Made by a program: the position numbers and the translations under genes. 64,000 bases of DNA from Eledone cirrhosa (taxonomy: Eukaryota): positions 30,690,001 to 30,754,000 of the forward strand of contig OZ024754.1 of assembly GCA_964016885.1 (NCBI GenBank), written 5' to 3'. The notes beneath the pieces are model-generated. The model did not search any database. It was not told the origin of the DNA and saw nothing but the letters and a program-made list of their open reading frames with translations. Shown one piece after another: positions 1 to 14,792 of the stretch. Every line of letters begins with the position of its first letter. The first letter of the stretch is position 1.

Positions 1-77
1 CGTGCTACACATATGCAGAAATGTGTTTGAAAATTTCAAGAGATGACTATACTAGAGTGTGAGATAGCTACCATCAT

Positions 78-165
<88 letters not shown>

Positions 166-172
166 AATTCGT

Positions 173-610
173 TTTTGAATTTGTTTTGTGAGATTTCTTT
201 TCTGAAAGCGTGTGTTGAAACAGATATTGTTATACTTTGGGAGGGTCATACTGCCAATAAAAACACATGCACCTGTTGCTTTTCACTTCAATTTATTATA
301 AATTTCCAGTTGGTTGGTTGCTTCGATAACCAGAAGGTTGTTTATATATTGTCAAAGATCTTTCATCACACAAAATAAAAACCGAGTCACTGAGGAGGTC
401 ACAGAATGTGTGACGAAAGAGCTTTAACAATATATAAACAACCATCCGGTTATTGAACCAACCAACCAACCAACTGGAAATTTATAATAAATTGAAGTGA
501 AAAGCAACAGGTGCATGTGTTTTTATTGGCAGCATGGCCCTCCCAAAGTATAACAATATCTGTTTCAACACACGTTTTCAGAAAAGAAATCTCACAAAAC
601 AAATTCAAAA
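173..610 (+). mobile_element. (TA)n-anchored fold-back element, Penelope pLTR-like, family A
   Basis: Inverted arms about 173-372 and 408-610 directly after (TA)n. A hammerhead motif starts in the spacer and runs into the right arm. Further copies at 732-958 and 8151-8338, and a fragment near 59296. Confidence 0.75.
386..429 (+). ncRNA. Minimal type I hammerhead ribozyme motif (slightly degenerate)
   Basis: gtca-CTGAGGA-g gtcac..gtgac-GAAA-GAGC-TT-taac. The inverted copy at 351-370 gives the consensus GAAA GATC TT TGAC (palindromic stem III). A degenerate second copy lies at 733-775. Confidence 0.65.
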
Positions 611-1375
611 TTTTTTTTTTTTTTTACTCGCATGTGTTACATCCGGGTGTTACTAAGCACACAACACACACAAAAACAAGATGGCATAGGACAGAACAAA
701 GGAGAGGCACAAAACAAAGAAAAGAATCCCCAGTCACTGAAGAGGTCACAGAATGTGTGGCAAAAGAACTTTGACAATATATGAACAACCGTCATTTTAA
801 ATTTAAAAAACATTTTTTAAAATTTATAATAGATTGGAGTGAAAGCAACTGGTGCGTGTGTTTCTTATTGGCAACATGACCCTCCCAAAGTATAACAATA
901 TCGGTTTCAACACATGTTTTCAGATAAAGAATCTTGCTAAACAAATTCAGAAACGAAATATATATATAAATAATAATCATCATCATCGTTTAACACCCAT
1001 TTTTCCATATATATATATATATATTTATGGAGAGAGAGAGAATGAGAGGGGGGGGGGGAAGAGAGAGAGTTAGACAAAGAGAGAGAGAAGGGGAGAGAAC
1101 TAAACATGTAAATAAATATATTTATTTATAAAGAATATGACAATAATGCATGATGATGGTCATGTGATCTAAATTAAGGGTCAAAGACCTTAAAATGATT
1201 TGATTAGATCATCATTGATGCTAAAAGATTGCCAAAGTTGTTTTATGTTATTTTAGTATTTGATATATTTGTTATTTTCTATATTGTTTGTTTTTGAAAT
1301 CAATACCCAAGGAGGGCTAGTATTGAAAACAATACCCCCAACCCCTGTTATCCTTATTTTTCTTCTCTCTCTCTC

Positions 1376-1445
<70 letters not shown>

Positions 1446-2055
1446 ATATATATATATATATATGTAAAACTGTCTATCTGCCTGTCACTATGTCTGCCTG
1501 TTTATATATATATATGCGTGTGTGTGTCTAGCTATTGATCTGTCATTCCATCTATTTATCTATCTTTCTATCTTATCCCTCCATCTCCATCTCTCTCTCT
1601 CTCTCTCTCTCTCACACACTCTCTCTCTCTTTCTCTCTCTCTCATCCATCTCCTACACTACAGAAATATTTCCCTGCTCCACCCCAACCCCCCAATCTTC
1701 TGTTGTTTCATTCCAGAGAGTGCTTCGGTTCAAAGGATACTGAATGAGGGTAGAATGTGGGGTGGGGTGGGTGGGGGTGCAATAAGGGTAGAATGAGTGA
1801 GGGCTGTTATATGGTCAATTATAATCCCTCCACACCCATTTCTGACACAACCACCATCAACACCACCACCTACAGCACCACCACCACCACTACAACCACC
1901 TACATTATTCCCATCATCACCAGCATCATCCCCATCACCACCTCCTCCACCCCCATCACCACCTCCCCCACCCCCATCACCGTGTGACAAAGGATTCATT
2001 TAGCATGGAGCCTGCATTCCATATTTTTATTGCTATTTACACTTACTGACACGCA

Positions 2056-3700
<1,645 letters not shown>

Positions 3701-3729
3701 GAGAGAAGTGAGAGGAACAATGTGAAGAG

Positions 3730-6250
3730 TTGAACAACATAACACAAAACTTACAACACACACAATATTACCACCACTACCTCTAACAATAACAAAACAC
3801 AACACTGACAACATCAACAACACAACACACATCAACAACACAACACTCACTACATAAACAACACAACACACACACACACACACATCAACAACACAACACT
3901 CACAACATCAACAACACAACACACACACATCAACAACACAGCACTCACAACATCAACAACACAACACACAGCAACAACACTCACAACATCAACAACACAA
4001 CACACACACACATCAACAACACAGAACTCACATCAACAACACAACACACATCAACAACACACATGCATCAACAACACACACACATCAACAACACAATACA
4101 CACACAACTCTCACAACATCAACAACACACACACATCAACAACACAATACACACACAATACACCACTCACAACATCAACAACACAACACACACACACATC
4201 AACAACACAATACAGACATAACTCTCACAACATCAACAACACAACACAACACACATCAACAACACAATACAGACATAACTCTCACAACATCAACAACACA
4301 ACACACATCAACAACACAATACACACACAACAACACTCACAACATCAACAACACAATACACAAACAACACTCACATCAACAACACAACACCTCCAACAGC
4401 AGCAACAAGGCTACTAACAACTACATCACTAACACCCAGCAACAACATCACAAGCAACAACACCATCGCCACCACTAACAACACCAACACCAACAATTAT
4501 AACAATACCATCACCACTACTAACAACAAGACCGTCACTACCAATAACAACAACTAACTTCACCACCACCACTAACAACACCAACAATTATAATAACAGC
4601 ACCATCACTACCAATAACAACAACACCATCACCACAACTAACAACACTATCACCTCAACTAACAACACCATCACCACAACTAACAACACCATCACCACAA
4701 CTAACAACAACACCATCACCTCAACTAACAACAACACCATCACCACAACTAACAACAACACCATCACCTCAACTAACAACAACACCATCACCACAACTAA
4801 CAACACTATCACCTCAACTAACAACACCACCACCTCCACTAACAACACCATCACCACAACTAACAACAACACCACCACTACCACTAACAACACCATCACC
4901 ACAACTAACAACAACACCACCACTACCACTAACAACACCATCACCACAACTAACAACAACACCACCACCACTAACAACATCCCCACTACCACTAACAACA
5001 TCACCACTAACAACAACACCAACAACACATATAACTACAACAACAACAATTATTATTGTTGTTGTTGTAGTTATAGCTTCCAAGTTATAAGATGATATCA
5101 ACTAATCAGACAATGAACAGTTGGTCACATGTTTAAATATATCACATGATCAACGACACATTAGTCACATGATGATGGGAAGATGATCACATGACAGACA
5201 TTGAGGTTCCTATGGAAAGCAATAAAATGGTGCTGGCAGTGGTAGTAGTAATGGTGGTGGTTGTGGTGGTGGTGGTGGTGGTGGTGGTGGTGGTGGTGGT
5301 GATGGTGGTGGTGGTGGTGGTGGTGGTGGTGGTGGTGGTGGTGGTGGTGGTGGTGGTGATGGTGGTGGTGGTGAATGTGATGGTGGTTATGATGGTGGTG
5401 ATTGTGGTTGTGATAATGGTGGTGGTGGTGGTGGTGGTGGTGGTGGTGGTGGTGTTGGTGGTGATGGTGGTGGTGGTGGTGATGGTGGTGGTGGTGATGG
5501 TGGTGGTCGTGGTGGTGGTGGTGTTGGTGGTGGTGGTGAATGTGATGGTGGTTGTGATGGTGGTGATGGTGGTTGTGATAATGGTGGTGGTGGTGGTGGT
5601 GGTGGTGGTGGTGGTGTTGGTGGTGATGGTGGTGGTGGTGATGGTGGTGGTGGTGGTGGTGGTGGTGGTAGTGGTGGTGGTGGTGGTGGTGGTGATTGTG
5701 ATGGTGGTGGTGATGGTGGTGATGGTGGTGATTGTGGTTTTGATAGTGGTGGTGGTGGTGGTGGTGGTGGTGGTGGTGGTGGTGGTGGTAGTGGTGGTAG
5801 TGGTGGTGTGGTAGTGGTGGTGATTGTGATGGTGGTGGTGTTTGTGATAGTGTTAGTAGTGATGGTGGTTGTGGTGGTGGTGGTGCAGGTGGTAGTAGCA
5901 GTGATGGTGGTGGTGGTTGTGGTGGTGGTGATCGTGGTGGTGATTATGATAGTGAAGGTGGTGGTTGTAGTGGTGGTGGTGGTGGTGATTGTGTTGGTTG
6001 TGGTGGTGAAGAAGAAGATGGTAGTAGTAGTGGCGGTGGTGGTGGTGGTGGTCGTGGTGGTGGTAGTGATGATGGTGGTGATTGTGTTGGCTGTGGTGGT
6101 GGTGGTGGCCGTGGTGGTGGTAGTGATGATGGTGGTGGTGGTGATGATAGTGGTGGTGGTGATTGTGTTGGCTGTGGTGCTGGTGGTGGTGGTGGTGGTG
6201 GTGGTCGTGGTAGTGATGATGATAGTGCTGGTGATAGTGGTTATGGCAAT
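3730..6250. repeat. Low-complexity (CAACA/CAA/CAC)n block followed by (GGT)n block
   Basis: Degenerate simple repeats: C/A-rich at 3730-5050 and G/T-rich at 5230-6250. The poly-Val, poly-Thr and poly-Pro ORFs are artefacts. Confidence 0.95.
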
Positions 6251-6330
6251 ATAATTGATCTTGATCTTAATGTTTATGGGCAACGAAATCTCCCTGTTGT
6301 GTTTATATATATAGATGTAGATATATCATT

Positions 6331-6368
<38 letters not shown>

Positions 6369-6602
6369 TTAACGTCCATCTTCTACGCTAGCATGGGTTA
6401 TATATACCTATATATATGTATGTATGTATATAAAATGGTATATATATATATATATAAATATATATATTTATATATATATATATACATACTCACACATATC
6501 TATGCATATACATACATATGCATGTATTATATGTATAATACAAGCATATATATTTGGAAATTCTGGGATAAATGGAAATATTCAAACACTAACAACTCTA
6601 CA

Positions 6603-6787
6603 AATAATTGTTTCTACTTTTGGCACAAGACCAGCAATTATCCCAGTACATTACTGGTACTTTATTTTATAGACCCCGTAAGGCAAAGTTAACCTCTGTG
6701 GGATTTGAACTTGGAATGGCAAGGGCCGTAACTCTATGCATCAAAGCATGGCGTCCGACCCTCTACCGATACTGCCAATCCACCGCC
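6603..6787 (-). mobile_element. tRNA-derived SINE with MetaSINE-like core (octopus OK/OR-type)
   Basis: The reverse strand starts GGCGGTGGATTGGCAG, has B box GAGTTCAAATCCC, core ..GGGGTCTATAAAATAAAGTACCAG and an AT tail. A 16-bp direct repeat CAACTCTACAAATAAT at 6593 and 6792 is the target-site duplication (TSD). Confidence 0.8.
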
Positions 6788-6946
6788 CTTCCAACTCTAC
6801 AAATAATAACCACATGTATCAAGCACTCTTAGACTCTTACTAGAAAGTAACTTAAACAAATATTTTGTTTTGTGTGTATTTTCTGTTTACTTGTGTGCAT
6901 GTATATATATTTATATATGTATATATATATATATGTTTATATATAT

Positions 6947-7170
6947 ATATTAATAAGAGGAATTCCAACTTTGTCTGATTTACTCGTTTTATTTACAATC
7001 CTTTAAAATTTATAATGGTATTATAATGAAATAGTATGATAGAATATTAAACATCCATTAACACTAAATTTTAAAGGATTGTAAATAAAACAAGTAAATC
7101 AGACAAAGTTGGAATTCCTCTTATTAATATAATCTTCTATACACAATCATACACACCCATGTTTATTTAT
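6947..7170 (+). mobile_element. (TA)n-anchored fold-back element, family B
   Basis: Inverted arms about 6947-7010 and 7066-7130. The same sequence recurs at 61771-61925, downstream of an intact hammerhead. Confidence 0.7.
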
Positions 7171-7174
7171 CTAA

Positions 7175-7208
<34 letters not shown>

Positions 7209-7417
7209 CTTCTTCTCCTTCTTCTCTGCCCATTTATTCCTAAGAGGGTCGTGGGGCAGGGTCCTCAAACACTCCTACCAGCAGGTCCTGTCAGAAGAAA
7301 CCGTCTCATCTGATCCGGCTGGATCCCCAATCGTGACAAACCAAGCTCAAGGATATTATCCAACCATCTTTCTCGGGGGGTTATCCCTAGGTCTCTTGCT
7401 GGTTGGTTTTGTCTGTA

Positions 7418-8122
7418 TCATCATCATCATCATCATCATCATCACCGCTTTACGTCCATTCTTCCATGCTAGCATGGGTTAGACAGGTTGTCCTGTTGTG
7501 GGCAGTGTCTGGTCGGCTGACCATGCCTTGCCCATACAGGAACTGATTTTGGCTTGGTTTCTACAGCTGGATGCCCTTCCTAACACTAACCTCATTTACA
7601 GTGAGTGCTGGGTGCTTTTTCCGTGGCGCCTACATGTCCACTTTACAGAGTGGACTGGGTGCTTTTTTGCCGTGGCACCTCCACGACCACCTTGTAGTGG
7701 GAGGGTGTGGAGGCATATTGTCTATATGCTTCAGCTTGTACCCATGGGAGGTCGGGTACTCTGTATTACTGCGTGACGGCAGAGGTCACGGTCGTGTGTC
7801 ATTGCCTTTGAGAGGTGTAATTGGGTAAGGTCGGCTTTTATCACCTCATCCCAGGTCTTCTTGGGTCTCCCCACTCCGCGGTTTCCATTGACTTCTAGTG
7901 CTCTGCACCTTTTTATGCAGCTGTCATCCTTCATACGCATCACATGTCCATACCAACGCAACCGCCTCTCCTGCACACAGCATTTGATTCCTCTTATGCT
8001 CAGTCTCTCTCTCAATTCATTTATGCTTTGTCGTTCGCGTATATTACTATTACACATCCATCGGAGCATGCAGGCTTTGTTTCTCTCTAATCTACGTAAG
8101 TCTTCCACCTTCAGCGCCCAGG

Positions 8123-8126
<4 letters not shown>
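7418..8126 (-). mobile_element. 5'-truncated RTE-clade LINE
   Basis: ORF 7731-8108 has RTE C-terminal motifs (RRLRWYGHVMRM, RGVGRPKKTW). The 3' UTR and (GAT)n tail are nearly identical to the copy at 15251-16631. Confidence 0.9.
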
Positions 8127-8158
<32 letters not shown>

Positions 8159-8350
8159 ATACTTTGGGAGGGTCATGTTGCCAATAAGAAACACACGCAC
8201 CAGTTGCTTTCACTTCAATTTATTATATATTTATAAATTTATAAATTTATAAATTTCTGGTTGGTTGGTATAACAATATCGGTTTCAACACACGATTTCA
8301 GATAAAGAATCTTGCTAAACAAATTCAGAAACGAAATATATATATATAAT

Positions 8351-8700
8351 TCAAGAGATAAGAGTAACATGGTTGGCTGTACAATAAGGGCTTTATTCAC
8401 AGTGCTGACAATTGTTTCTTTGATCTGGTAGGTCTAGAGTTCACTAATCGCTAGATGTTGCGTCAATCGATCTCCAATACAATTGTCAGTACTGTGAATA
8501 AAGCCCTTATTGTACAGACAACCATGTTACTCTTATCACTCCAAGTATAACCTACATAGAAATCACCGTGAACTCGGTGCATCACTATGGAAGCATCTTG
8601 TTGAGTCAAACTAAGCCATACGTTAATACCATCCACAACATGGCGTCCTCTAACTGGACTACCTCTAAGTGGATTGCCTATAACGATAACTTGTTATCCC
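8351..8700. mobile_element. (TA)n-flanked fold-back element, family C
   Basis: Arms about 8356-8415 and 8478-8540. The left arm holds a hammerhead 3' half (GAAACAATTGTCAGC, minus strand). Homologous to 59100-59260. Confidence 0.65.
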
Positions 8701-8720
8701 GTATATATATATATATATAT

Positions 8721-9227
8721 ATCTTAACGTTTGTTGGTTCACCACTGGATAGAACTGGTCATTCCGTATGGTCAATCCTGGTGTAATATTGTGAAGAGTA
8801 CTCAACGCAATGCAGTTCACCCATCTTCATTTGTGTAGTTGGTGGTGCGAATACGGAGTTAATTATAAATGAAATAACAGGAGGCTGGACTGGTGTAAAT
8901 CCTTGAAAGGTTTATTATACTATGATCATTTCAATGACCGGGTTCCATATGAATCTGGTGATATCATCAGGTATTGGAATATAACAAAGGAATATGTAAA
9001 AAGCCATGGGTCCGAAAAACCATGGGTCCGAAAAACCATGGGTCCATTTCTATCTCTGGTTTCCCGGACCCATTGTTTTTCGGACCCATGGCTTTTTACA
9101 TATTCCTTTGTTATATTCCAATACCTGATGATATCACCGGATTCATATGGAACCCGATTATTGAAATGATCATAGTATAATAAACCTTTCAAGGATTTAC
9201 ACCAGTCCAGCCTACTGTTATTTCATT

Positions 9228-9232
<5 letters not shown>
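8721..9232 (-). mobile_element. (TA)n-flanked fold-back element, family D, with a hammerhead in each arm
   Basis: About 370-bp palindrome at 8862-9232, which explains the mirror ORFs 8903+ and 8926-, plus a unique tail 8721-8861. Unfolded second copy at 20661-20920. Confidence 0.85.
9121..9178 (+). ncRNA. Type I hammerhead ribozyme motif (mirror copy 8917-8974 on minus strand)
   Basis: atac-CTGATGA-stem II-GAAA-TGATCA-TA-gtat. Stem I atac/gtat, palindromic ATGATCAT stem III, AUA cleavage triplet. Confidence 0.8.
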
Positions 9233-9272
<40 letters not shown>

Positions 9273-9291
9273 ACACATGTCTATGTGTGTG

Positions 9292-9353
<62 letters not shown>

Positions 9354-9749
9354 GTAGTATTATCTGAGGACAGCAGAATCTGTCTACTGACCCACAATGC
9401 TTAGTGTTACTGAGTGTGTGTCAGAAGCAGTTCATTGCAACAATAACAAATTTTGGTCCATCCCCATGTCAACACTATTCTTTGTTTATCATCATCATTA
9501 CCATGTTACATCCATTTTTCCACTCTAACATGAGTTAGATGAGTTGTCCTGTTGTGAGCAATGCTAGGTCAGGTGACCATGTCTTGCTCATACAGGACTG
9601 GCTTGGTTTCTACAGCTGGATGCCCTTCCTAATGCCAACCTCATTTACAGTGTGGGCTGGGTGCTTTTTGTCATGGGAGGGTGGGGTGGGACATTCTTTA
9701 TATATGTTTGTTGTAATCCTGTAATTGATTACCTAATCTTTGCAATCCA

Positions 9750-9821
9750 CACCTGATGACATTGTCAAAGTCTTACGTCATGATCTAATGATGTAACCAG
9801 GCCATAGAAATACGTATTGTG
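9750..9821 (+). ncRNA. Hammerhead ribozyme-like motif
   Basis: cac-CTGATGA-[hairpin TTACGTCAT/ATGATGTAA]-GAAA-TACGTA-TT-gtg. Stem I is only 3 bp. Confidence 0.55.
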
Positions 9822-10029
9822 ATTTTGCAACATTGAAAGAATATTTGGAATCTGGCCGTCTGTTGTCTTTTAAATATTTAACTCCATTCCTGCACCAACT
9901 ACAAGATTTTGTATAATGTTGAGTGCTTTAGCATATTATATCATGGTTTGCTAACTGAAATGATCAGATCTACCCATTAGCTAAGCCATCCAACATAAAT
10001 GGTATATATATATATATATATATAATAAT

Positions 10030-10360
10030 AATAATACAAGGACGATGTGTTAAGCCTTCATTACGTTTATTGATTGGTGATGCACGTTTCACTATTGATC
10101 AGCTCAAGGTTCGACCTGTATCAATCTGGCCTGACTCTGGAATCAAAAGCTCGTCGGACCTCAGCTGTAGTAATGACAGAACAAACCTTGAGCTGATCAA
10201 TAGCAAAGCGCGTGTCACCAATCAATAAATGTAATGAAGGCTTAACAAATCATCCTTGTATTATTATATTACACTCTGTCTAGCTCCACACCTCGCCACT
10301 CATGTGAACCTAAACATCGAGTGCTCACCTGGGTGAACCTACAGTAACGTCACGTTACAC
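10030..10360 (+). mobile_element. (TA)n-anchored fold-back element, family E
   Basis: Arms about 10030-10111 and 10183-10268. The tail 10270-10360 recurs in reverse at 28981-29068. Confidence 0.65.
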
Positions 10361-10693
10361 TTAGTGGTTAGAGCATTGGCCTTTGCAATCAAAAGGTTGT
10401 GAGTTCAATTCTCAGACAGGGTGATGTGTTGTTTCCTTGAGCAAGACACTTTATTTCACATTGCTCCAGTTTACTCAGCTGTAGAAATGAGATGGTAGGG
10501 ACTGGGGTCCCTATCATTCCACTGCAAAGTGGTCGTGGAGGTGCCACGGCAAAAAAGCACCCAGCACTCACTGTAAATGAGGTTGGTGTTAGGAAGGGCA
10601 TCCAGCTGTAGAAATCAAGCCAGAATTAGTTCCCGTCCCACCCTTGCAAGCAGGGAAAAGCGGACGTAAAAATGATGATGATGATGATGATGA
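10361..10693 (+). mobile_element. tRNA-head CORE-like SINE with RTE-derived tail
   Basis: A box (TTAGTGGTTAGAG), B box (GAGTTCAATTC), CORE-like TCCTTGAGCAAGACACTTTA, 3' part matching the RTE 3' UTR, (GAT)n tail. Confidence 0.85.
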
Positions 10694-11148
10694 TATATAT
10701 ATATAGTGGGTGACCCTGAGCCTCTGGGAAACGATACACAATAAAAAGCTAACTACATGTAAAAGAAACTTTATCGTTTTTCTTACTATATATATATGTA
10801 TATATATATATATGTATACATATATATACACACACATGTATATAGAATATACTATACACAAATACTCCAGACTCTACACATAATTCCCACTTGTATTTAT
10901 CAAACACTATAAGGTTCTTATCTGAAATAAACATAAACAAACATTGTCTCTATGTGTATATATGTGTACATGTGTCTATATATGTGTGTGTATGCATGTT
11001 TATACCTATATCAATATACATAGGTATTTACACATGCACACACACACACAAACAGACAGACACACACACATACATACATATGTATATGTATATATATGTA
11101 TATATATATATATATACCTTATATATATCCTGTACATTTTACTTATAG

Positions 11149-11196
11149 GCCTCTGAAAACCTCTGTTCTCTGCGAAGAGCAACACATTAGAAAAAG
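11149..11196 (+). other. Candidate 48-nt host-gene exon
   Basis: ttttacttatag|GCCTCTG...AAAAAG|gtaaga. Only one frame is open (PLKTSVLCEEQHIRK). Unique sequence; gene not recognised. Confidence 0.4.
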
Positions 11197-11285
11197 GTAA
11201 GAAAATGTTTCCTGAAAATAATTTTTTTTTTTTTTAATGACTATCTTCATATTATTATTATTAAATAAATAAATAAATAAAGAAA

Positions 11286-11317
<32 letters not shown>

Positions 11318-11729
11318 TTTATTAGATTTTTTTCTTTTCAATTCTGTAAAAAGTCCATTTTAAAAATGACTTGAAAATGTGAAAACGTTAGATATTTCTG
11401 TTGCTCTTTCTTACAATTCACGGAGTTTGTGTCTCTTGCTTTTTGTTTCCTATTTTCAATAAACTCTTGAAGCTTAAAAAGAAATTAGGGTGAGAGTGTT
11501 CCAAGATCAATACCACTTACATGTATATTCAGTTTTTAATCTTGTTACTACATTTTCTCATCTTTTCTTATAGAGATATATTTATATGTAGATAAAGAAA
11601 AATATATACTTTCATATTTATCCATACATACATACATATATGTATGTATGTATGTATGTATATAAAGGAAAAAATATATACACATATATATAAACACACA
11701 CATATATATAATATATTATATATATATAT

Positions 11730-11793
<64 letters not shown>

Positions 11794-13030
11794 CTATATA
11801 TGATATATATGTATACACACATATATATATATATATATATAATATATTATACACACACACACACATATATAAATTCTATAACTGTTTACACAATGTCTGT
11901 AAGCTCATAACCAATTATTTTATTTTATAGAACTATCTAATCTTTTATATATGTTGAGCTGTCGTCTATTTGGGAGGGTTTTTATTCTTTTTTTGTTGTG
12001 TTTTTTTGTCATAGCTTTTCTGTCATGGATTTTGTAACCTCAGTTTTTGCTACTTTGTATACAAAATGTTGTTGTGAAAGTACACTGGGGTAAGAAATGG
12101 AAGATGTTCAACGAGGTTCTTCTATTTCTATTTTTTTCCCACCTCGATTGCTTAACATGAGAGGAAAGGTAGTGCTGATAAAGGGCTGCTGACACTGGAT
12201 AGAGGAAGGGCGAGAGAGAGAGAGAGAGAGAGGGAAGGGTCCTGAATCTGGAGACCTGGTCTGAATGCTAGCAACAGAATGGATTCTGGTAAAGGTAGCC
12301 AAGGGTTTGACAAGATCTGAACTCTGAATATATACTGTAAGATATCCTGTCTGATGCTCTACCGATTCAACCAGTTCACTGACCAAGACTGGTCATAGAA
12401 CCCAGAAACTTGAAAAGGCAAAGGGCAGGTCAAATTTGATTATATTGACTCCAGTACTTCATTAGTAGTATTCTATTTATTGTCCTTCAGAAGGATGAAA
12501 GGAAAATTTGACCCCAGTTGGATTTGAATTAAGAATGTAAAGAGCTGGAATAAATACCACAAAGGATTTTATTCAACATTCTAACCATTATCTTTGATAT
12601 TCTAACCATTATCTTTGATATTCTAACCATTATCATCAACATTATAACCTATTTTTTCGACATTCTAACCCCTTTCTTCGACAATCTAACCATTTACTTC
12701 GATATTCTAGCCATTTTACCTGACCATCACCCTTGGTGGGATTTGAACTCAGAAAGCTAAGAATCAAAATAAATACAACAAATTTGTCTGATATTTAATT
12801 TTTGTTAATTTCTGCTGGATTCTGTATCTTATATCACATTATTGGGGAATGCTTAGCTGTTCCATTTCCTCCTCAGCCTTGCCATCACACTAAGTAATGC
12901 AGTGTCTTGGCTTACCTCAAACATTTTTGGATGGGGGGGGAATGATAGTGTGTAACTTTGGGAGTGTGATACGTTTCCATGTTTGTTTTTCTTCTTTCTA
13001 ATTCATTTTTATTGTTATTGGCCACCTACT

Positions 13031-13383
13031 TACCTTATTTCCCGTCATCGAAGATGCTTCATCCTCGAGGATGCACCCCAATTTTGGCAACCAAAAATTT
13101 GACAAAACAATGATAAACATAAAAATAAGGTCCTGACACTTCGGGTCTTGTTACCTAATTTTAAATGATATTTTGTTTATTTACTACTTTAATTAAGTAT
13201 AATTTATACACTTCATTGAGAGGTCACATACAGGAGTTCAAATCACTGTCTAGCATAGATAATTTTCCTCTGGGGTTAGGATATGCCTGTGAGAAACGCA
13301 ACCTTCAGCCTCCAGGTCACATGGTAGATTTTTAAAACTTATTTTAGGGAAAAATAACATCTTCAACGCAGGTAAATACGGTT
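13031..13383. mobile_element. Degenerate Tc1/pogo-type MITE
   Basis: Imperfect 26-bp terminal inverted repeats (TIRs): TACCTTATTTCCCGTCATCGAAGATG and CATCTTCAACGCAGGTAAATACGGTT. Confidence 0.5.
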
Positions 13384-13887
13384 GTTAATTATACATATGC
13401 GTTTATAAAGATTTAGAATGAATTACGAAAACAGGTAACCAAATATTCTCAGGTTTTCAAAGCTGTTGGGGATGGGGGGAAAAATAAGAGTTGTGAAAAG
13501 TTCACTTGGTGCAAGGGAGATAATTAAGATAATAAATGTGTCTTATTTTTGTTAGAGTTTAAGTTTTCACAGATTGATCAGAAAACTTTACTGTATTAAT
13601 TAGAATAATCCCGCTTCTTATCCCCCCTCTCTCTCTGTATGTATGTGTGTATGTATGTATGTGTGTGTGTGTGTATGTGTGTATGTATGTGTGTGTGTGT
13701 ATGTGTGTATGTATGTGTGTATATGTGTGTATGTATGTATGTATGTGTATGTATGTGTGTATATGTGTGTATGTATGTATGTATGTGTATGTATGTGTGT
13801 GTATGTGTGTATGTATGTATGTATTATGTGTGTATGTATGTATGTATGTATCTGTGTATGTATGTATCTGTATATGTATGTAGTGAA

Positions 13888-14480
13888 GGCACATGGCTAA
13901 GTGGTTAGAGTGTTGGCATTGCAATTGAGAGGTTGTGAGTTCAATTCTTGGACCAGGGGATGTGTTGAATAAGATACTTTATTTCACATTGTTCTAGTTC
14001 ACTCAACTGTAAAAGTGTGTTGCGACGTGACTGGTGCCAAGCTGTACCGACCATTGCCTTTCCCTTGGACAATATTGGTGGCATGGAGGGGGAGGCTGGT
14101 ATGCATGGCCGAGTGCTGCTCTTCCATAAACAAGCCTCAGAGAAGAACTTTTTAGGTGAAAAAACCATGGTCATTAGTGATCAATGGAGGCCTTAAAAAT
14201 AAAATATGTATGTAAAAGGCACGTGATACATTGTGTCGTTAAGCAAGACACTTTATTACTCCACATTGCTCCAGTCCACTCAGCTGACAAAATGATTTGT
14301 ACCAGTAATTCAAAGGGTCAGCTTTGTCTCACACTGTGATACACTGAAACTCCCGAGGACCTCATTAAGAGAGTCTGTGTCTGTGAAACACTCCGTCTCT
14401 TAATGATTTAATTTCACAATCAGGCAATTCCATTGATCAAACAACTGGGACACCCAATGTCAGGCCTGATATGGGTCCCA
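13888..14480 (+). mobile_element. Two adjacent CORE-like SINE copies (OR-type tails)
   Basis: tRNA head GGCACATGGCTAAGTGGTTAGAG at 13888. A second CORE segment AAGCAAGACACTTTA at 14241 ends in (CAA)n. Confidence 0.65.
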
Positions 14481-14758
14481 ACAACAACAACAACACCCAT
14501 CATCAGATCCAATGGTGTCCGAACAACAACAACAACAACAACAACACCCATCATCAGATCCAATGGAGTCCGAACAACAACAACAACAACACTCATCATC
14601 AGATCCGATGGAGTCCGAACAACAACAACAACAACAACACCCATCATCAGATCCAATGGTGTCCGAACAACAACAACAACAACACTCATCATCAGATCCG
14701 ATGGAGTCCGAACAACAACAACAACAACAACACCCATCATCAGATCCAATGGTGTCCG

Positions 14759-14792
<34 letters not shown>

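Noticed and set aside
8903-9192. Pair of near-identical 88-aa ORFs on opposite strands (also 61984+ and 62221-)
   Set aside because: A consequence of the DNA palindrome; no protein motifs.
13888-13960. tRNA genes at SINE heads (also about 27480-27549 and 32135-32204)
   Set aside because: A and B boxes are present but there is no acceptor stem, and the sequence continues into CORE and tail, so these are SINEs.
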